DNA of 64,000 nucleotides from Acidobacteriota bacterium. Its GTDB lineage: Bacteria; Acidobacteriota; UBA6911; JACQSX01. Made by a program: the position numbers and the translations under genes. Position 1 is the first letter of the stretch. Every line of letters begins with the position of its first letter. Below are positions 59,441 through 64,000 of this stretch, in pieces. Below the pieces are notes generated by a model that was not told the origin of the DNA, did not search any database, and saw only the letters and a list, made by a program, of their open reading frames with translations. The stretch spans positions 64,001 to 128,000 of the forward strand of contig DASXQR010000083.1 of assembly GCA_036507075.1 (NCBI GenBank), written 5' to 3'.

Positions 59441-60670
59441 CTAGGGACGTCTGCGGGTCCTGGGTGACGCCGCCTTCACAGCCACAGTCCAGCTGCGCTG
59501 ATCCAATAGTTGGTGCTGAGGGTCCGATTGCACCAGAAAAGTAGGGTCGAAGACTTCTACGGTGACGTTGTGAATTCCTTCGGTCAGCGTTTGAGTGTTT
59601 AGGGCGAATGACTCAACTGTCGTTTCCTGCGAGACAATTCCGTCAACACTCCAGCGAACGCGGAGACTGTGCTTCAGGGGCTTCATCGTGATGGCACTGA
59701 ACCGGAGTAATTGTCCTTTGGTCGCTGGGAGAGTTCCCGGTTCCGGTGATGCAGATTCTATGGGCCGCACGCGATTATAAATCGATAAAACAATGGCTTC
59801 CTGACAGACTTCACAGAATGGGTAATTCAGGTCACGCATGCGACAACTCAGTTTGGGCCGGTACCAGCCCGTTGAGTTGTACCGCGCGCCTTCAAAGAGT
59901 CCCACGACATCGGCGTAGTCTGTGCTCGCGGGAGTCGGGATCGGCGCTGACGACGGGATCCACGCCCGCCATTTGATGAATTCACGGCGCGTTTCCTGCG
60001 TAGTATTCGGCTCCTCCTTGACCGGATCGGGATCGCAAGGGAAAGGGTCATTGTATTCATCGCCAAGACCGGCCAGCGCATGACCAAACTCATGGAAAAC
60101 AACTTGTCCCGCCGCGCTGTTGACGGAGACAACAACACCTCGCTTATCTCCCCAACCACCGTAGACCGGATCATTTACCACTACCAGGGGAAGCGCCGAT
60201 CCCGCAATGTAATTGGCGATCAGCGTATTCACCTTTCCAAAGCCACGATCCGGGTCGGAATCGCGGTCGTTGGGCGGAATCGTGAGCCCGTGTGGCAGGC
60301 AGTAACTGTCGTAGGTGCTGTTGAAGTATGTATCTCGAAACACGTTAGCAGATGGATGATCTGACCCACTCTCCTTTGAAGCCACTGCAATAGTGAAAGC
60401 GTTGAAATATGTGGCGTAGTCCTCGAGCACCTCGGCATTCAGCATAAAACTGAGAAGCGCCTGGCTGTCCGCTGTAAACTGCGACAACTGAGATTCGGAA
60501 TAACCCTCGGACAAAAATACCAGGTTGATCCGCTTTTCGGGAGGGCCATTCAACAAAAGCGGCTGCATCGTCGGCACGGTGACCAGCTGTACGCTGGCCG
60601 TGGCCGATTGGAACAACGGGGCGGACAAGCACAAGCCACCGATCAATAAAACAACAACAAACTTCTTCAC
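59441..60670 (-). CDS. M64 family (IgA peptidase-like) secreted metallopeptidase
   Basis: Signal peptide, SEGY, HEFGHALAGLGDEY, FEGA, CRMR..FCEVC. Confidence 0.9.
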   Translation of the reverse strand: MKKFVVVLLIGGLCLSAPLFQSATASVQLVTVPTMQPLLLNGPPEKRINLVFLSEGYSESQLSQFTADSQALLSFMLNAEVLEDYATYFNAFTIAVASKESGSDHPSANVFRDTYFNSTYDSYCLPHGLTIPPNDRDSDPDRGFGKVNTLIANYIAGSALPLVVVNDPVYGGWGDKRGVVVSVNSAAGQVVFHEFGHALAGLGDEYNDPFPCDPDPVKEEPNTTQETRREFIKWRAWIPSSAPIPTPASTDYADVVGLFEGARYNSTGWYRPKLSCRMRDLNYPFCEVCQEAIVLSIYNRVRPIESASPEPGTLPATKGQLLRFSAITMKPLKHSLRVRWSVDGIVSQETTVESFALNTQTLTEGIHNVTVEVFDPTFLVQSDPQHQLLDQRSWTVAVKAASPRTRRRP

Positions 60671-60692
60671 AATGTAACCACCCACAGCCCGG

Positions 60693-60782
60693 CGCTGCCC
60701 TGTGGTGGACATGCCTGTCGTAAGTGAGCGCAACCCAGATGTTGATATCAGGGAAAAGAAATAACCTCGAAGATTTTGTCAT
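60693..60782 (-). pseudogene. VapC/PIN toxin N-terminal fragment
   Basis: FPDINIWVALTYDRHVHH is a PIN N-terminus; similarity is lost after about 30 aa. Confidence 0.7.
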
Positions 60783-60951
60783 TGTCGAGTTGGAGCGTTC
60801 CCGGCCGCTTGGACCTTATGATCGGAAGCTTGACCCTTCTCCGAGACTTGCGCGGGCTCCCTTTCAGGACCTGCTCGACACCGCGAAGAATTAATTCCCT
60901 AGCCGAACTACCTTCGCTGGCTGCCCGGCTTTTCAGGCGCCGATAAACGGG
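60748..60951 (-). pseudogene. RHH-type antitoxin lacking its start
   Basis: PVYRRLKSRAASEGSSARELILRGVEQVL...VKLPII...IFEVISFP*; no in-frame start codon. Confidence 0.7.
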
Positions 60952-60958
60952 CGGTGTG

Positions 60959-61050
60959 GGGTCAGGTCTTCAGAATTCATTTTTTGGATGGATTTTAAAG
61001 CTGGAAGCCGCTTTCAGATGTGCAAAAAATGAATTCTGAAGACCTGACCC
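60959..61050. mobile_element. 92-bp element with perfect 28-bp inverted repeats (GGGTCAGGTCTTCAGAATTCATTTTTTG)
   Basis: Arms at 60959-60986 and 61023-61050. Confidence 0.7.
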
Positions 61051-61291
61051 TTCCGTCGCCTTATTGACAGTCCGTACATAGCGGCTGCTGAGATTTTGAT
61101 GGCTGAGCATAGCCAGAACGATCAGGAGATTGAAACCAAGATCGATGAGCTTAGTAGTCAAAGTACCAGTTTCGGCGCATTGATGTTTTTGGCCGAGAGA
61201 CATCGGTGTTGCCGGTGAGAGATTGGCGGCCAAGCCGAAGAGTTTCTGTCGGCCGCATCGCGACGAGCTCTGGCACTCGTCACTCGCAAAT

Positions 61292-61317
61292 AAAAAAGGC
61301 CTCCCTTGCAGGAGGCC
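61292..61317 (-). terminator. Intrinsic terminator
   Basis: GGCCTCC/GGAGGCC stem followed by T6 on the minus strand. Confidence 0.75.
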
Positions 61318-61342
61318 CTTGCAAACGAATTGCTTCTGCTTG

Positions 61343-61912
61343 CTAGCGTTGTTTGTTGCGCGTCAGTAGATCGTAAACCAAGCCTGCGCCGGCGCCTGAA
61401 AGGCCTCCGACGACTGCGCCTTTCTTTCCGCCCGCGACGGCTCCGATCACCGCTCCGCCGGCAGCACTTCCACCGACGATGATGGCCGACTTTTTGAGCG
61501 ATCTCTTCTGGCGGTACGTCCGATCTTCAGCAGTGCTGGCGTACGCGCCTCTGGAAGCGGCACGATAAGGCGCCGAGCTGTAGCGCGGAGTGGTCCTGTA
61601 GACAGTTCTCTGGACAACGGGAACGTTGGCAGAACCCTGATCATAAACACGCGGCCGGACCATCGGCGTTTCAAATCCGACCGGTGCATAACCGGTTCGG
61701 TCCACGGCAACCGTGTCACCCACCAGCGATTGAGATCGATTCACAGGGACGATCAATTGTCCCTGGCTGCCATCGGCAAACCAGACCGGAATTGTCTGAT
61801 GTTCCTGGCTGACCAGCGGCGCCGCAGCACTCTGCGTGGTTGCCTTCTGGCCACAACCGACAGCGAAAATAACCAATACCAGCGTGAAGACAGCAATATG
61901 CACTTTTTTCAT
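61343..61912 (-). CDS. Lipoprotein with glycine zipper
   Basis: GGAGG RBS, lipobox AVGC, GGAVIGAVAGGKKGAVVGG. Confidence 0.85.
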   Translation of the reverse strand: MKKVHIAVFTLVLVIFAVGCGQKATTQSAAAPLVSQEHQTIPVWFADGSQGQLIVPVNRSQSLVGDTVAVDRTGYAPVGFETPMVRPRVYDQGSANVPVVQRTVYRTTPRYSSAPYRAASRGAYASTAEDRTYRQKRSLKKSAIIVGGSAAGGAVIGAVAGGKKGAVVGGLSGAGAGLVYDLLTRNKQR

Positions 61913-61980
61913 AATTCAACCTCCAATCTCTCTTGAATGTGAGATGCGGCAAGATCGCGAATGTTTCATTTAGAACACCT

Positions 61981-62049
61981 CACCACAAAGACACAAAGGC
62001 ACAAAGCCTTCACTGCGAATCTCTTTGTGCCTTTGTGTCTTCGTGGTGA
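61981..62049. repeat. CACAAAG-period palindrome
   Basis: CACCACAAAGACACAAAGGCACAAAG...CTTTGTGCCTTTGTGTCTTCGTGGTG; half or whole copies near 28440, 42260, 43500 and 52620. Confidence 0.8.
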
Positions 62050-62057
62050 AAGAATTC

Positions 62058-63998
62058 TTACTCGAGTTTTCGAAAAGCGCTTTTATCGATTTTCAACATG
62101 CTCCAGGCGAGCCAGTCGGCGCGTGTGTCCTTATCGGGGCCGGCATTGCATTCCAGGACCAGACTGTTTCCGCTGCCGGCAAAACGTCGCAGCGGCAGAT
62201 GATAATCCATCCAGTGACGATGATCGGGAATCCTGGCGGATTGCAGGTAGCGATCGATCAGGGGAACTAACTTTCCGTTCCGCTCCAAAGACAGCATCGC
62301 CTCGAAACCATCTCCGCTGTCAAAGACTGACGCAATGCCAACATGAAGCACAGAGTCCTGGTCGATTTCCGGCAAGGGAAGTCGCAGCCGGGTACCGGCG
62401 ATCGTTACCAGTGTTTTTCTTCTCTCGCCGTCCCTGAGCAGATATATTGGAAAAACGCGCCCGCCATTGGGAGTACGGAATTTTTCAAAGCTCGGATAGT
62501 ACTGCGCTCGATCCTCCTCAATCTGTCCGTTCAGCGCCGGTTCCAGTAATTCGACATTCCGTCCCTGCCAGTAATCAGGCAACAGGTCGAAATTACCCTC
62601 CCACAGACCGTAGACAAAGTAGTTCGGGATGGGAGCGCCGGTGTTGGCGGGCAGCTTTTCGCCCGAATCTTCAAAACGCATCGCGAGAGTCGGATCTTCG
62701 TAAAAGATCCGCAACAAGCTGTGACGATCGAAGTACCAGATGCTGTTTGCTTCCTTGGACTTTCTCAGGTGAATCACCGATCGCGGCAACAAGACAGGAT
62801 GGTGCCGGCGGAACGCTTGATGGAAGTTCCAGGCCACTCTCGATCCGTGGGGCGCCCACGATCGGTGCTCAAACCTCCAGATAGTCAGGTAACTCATCAG
62901 CAAGTTGAGGCCTGCCATCAGGACCATCAAAGCCTTCCTGCGAGAGGTCGTGGGCCATCGCGCCACAAAAACTCCCACCAGCGCGCTCAGCGGCACAAGC
63001 GGCATGTACAAGTGGTGAGGGTAAGGCGGCTCGACGACCAGAAGCACCGGCAAGAGAAACGCCACCGCCCAGATCAAAAACCAGAGCGAAAAATGCCCAT
63101 CCGTCTTTCTCTTCCAGACGAACGAGAGGAACAAAAGCGCGGCAGCTCCCTGGAAAAGGGCCAGGAACTGATGGACTCCCTCCAGCACGTCCCTGGGAAA
63201 GTGCGCGTCAATATTGAAAGCCCAGAGGAGAAACTTGTAGTTGGACAGCAGATTCGTCGGATGCAGCGAAAGATGGAAAGGATGCGTCGGAGAAGCAGGA
63301 TCCAGCCTTCCCTTAAGAATGACGAGAAAGAGGACGTAAATCACCGACAGTACGACAAAGGGCACGACGGGACGCAACCGTGCAACCAGCACGGTCCGGT
63401 CTTTTCCAATCGCGCCCCCGCCGCTCTCTGCAGCCAGCATACACAGCGCCAGCAAAGCGACGGGGATCATAACGGCTGTTTCCTTGCTCAGGAGCGCAAT
63501 CGCATAACAGCCCACCGCCACAGCAAGAAAAAATGATTCCTGCGAGCGGAGAAATTGCAGAAATGACGCAATGATCAGCAGCGTCAGAGTGGAAAACAGC
63601 CAGTCGGGAAGAAATGACGCGTCGTAACTGATGAAATACGCCACGCTGTGCAGGGCGAAAAATACATAACCCGCCGCTGCTGCTTTTTCATCCCTCAGCA
63701 GCCGGCGCAGCAGACCAAAAACCCCCAGCGAGATCAATGCGTGAAGGATAAATCCGACAATGTGGTAGCGCCGCGGACTCAAACCCCCGATGGGGTAGAG
63801 CAGGAAGGTGAATACCGGATAAGTGACCGGGCGGTATTGGCCCACATCATCCGGCTTCAGGAAGCTGGCTTTGATGGCTCCCAGCGTTTCCGTGCGGCGG
63901 CTCAGATAATAAAGACTGTCGCCGCAAAAAAAATTGTTCCACGAGACCGAATAGAAGACCAGCTGCAGCAGCAGGACCAGCGGGATAAACAGACGCGG
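62058..63998 (-). CDS. GT-C (ArnT/PMT-like) membrane glycosyltransferase; 5' end outside the window
   Basis: Frame open to the window edge; YRP and SKET motifs, many TM helices, soluble C-terminal domain. Confidence 0.75.
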   Translation of the reverse strand, partial: PRLFIPLVLLLQLVFYSVSWNNFFCGDSLYYLSRRTETLGAIKASFLKPDDVGQYRPVTYPVFTFLLYPIGGLSPRRYHIVGFILHALISLGVFGLLRRLLRDEKAAAAGYVFFALHSVAYFISYDASFLPDWLFSTLTLLIIASFLQFLRSQESFFLAVAVGCYAIALLSKETAVMIPVALLALCMLAAESGGGAIGKDRTVLVARLRPVVPFVVLSVIYVLFLVILKGRLDPASPTHPFHLSLHPTNLLSNYKFLLWAFNIDAHFPRDVLEGVHQFLALFQGAAALLFLSFVWKRKTDGHFSLWFLIWAVAFLLPVLLVVEPPYPHHLYMPLVPLSALVGVFVARWPTTSRRKALMVLMAGLNLLMSYLTIWRFEHRSWAPHGSRVAWNFHQAFRRHHPVLLPRSVIHLRKSKEANSIWYFDRHSLLRIFYEDPTLAMRFEDSGEKLPANTGAPIPNYFVYGLWEGNFDLLPDYWQGRNVELLEPALNGQIEEDRAQYYPSFEKFRTPNGGRVFPIYLLRDGERRKTLVTIAGTRLRLPLPEIDQDSVLHVGIASVFDSGDGFEAMLSLERNGKLVPLIDRYLQSARIPDHRHWMDYHLPLRRFAGSGNSLVLECNAGPDKDTRADWLAWSMLKIDKSAFRKLE

Positions 63999-64000
63999 CT

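Overview
This is a bacterial chromosomal segment, plausibly from Acidobacteriota (inferred from gene content and repeat style). It has two parts. Bases 1-27.5 kb, downstream of a tRNA-Phe, are an accessory low-oxygen/redox region. It holds a GH127 hydrolase, an MtrA/MtrB-type decaheme cytochrome plus porin, a PRTase and a BCAM0308-like gene, ZIP and VIT1 transporters, a globin-coupled kinase with a receiver, a degenerate kinase and a sigma54 activator, a NapC/NirT tetraheme, nhaA and phosphoketolase. It also holds a 7-gene operon: hemerythrin, NarI-like membrane protein, NasA-type Mo enzyme, 4Fe-4S, Rieske, small membrane protein and NarK. That operon sits exactly inside a split copy of a decayed gene. 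Many sigma54 -24/-12 promoters occur in this part, and four share an upstream 16-bp motif. Bases 27.5-64 kb are mostly housekeeping and probably origin-proximal: cspA, parB-parA with two parS sites, rsmG, mnmG, a divergent mnmE, an HcrCAB-like molybdoenzyme with TetR, a CcdA-redoxin fusion, dksA, iscS/iscU, hsp20, fabI, acs, tRNA-Thr, an M64 peptidase beside a VapBC relic, and a GT-C glycosyltransferase. Many REP/MITE-like palindromes lie between genes. All calls come from motif reading by eye; no database searches were run.
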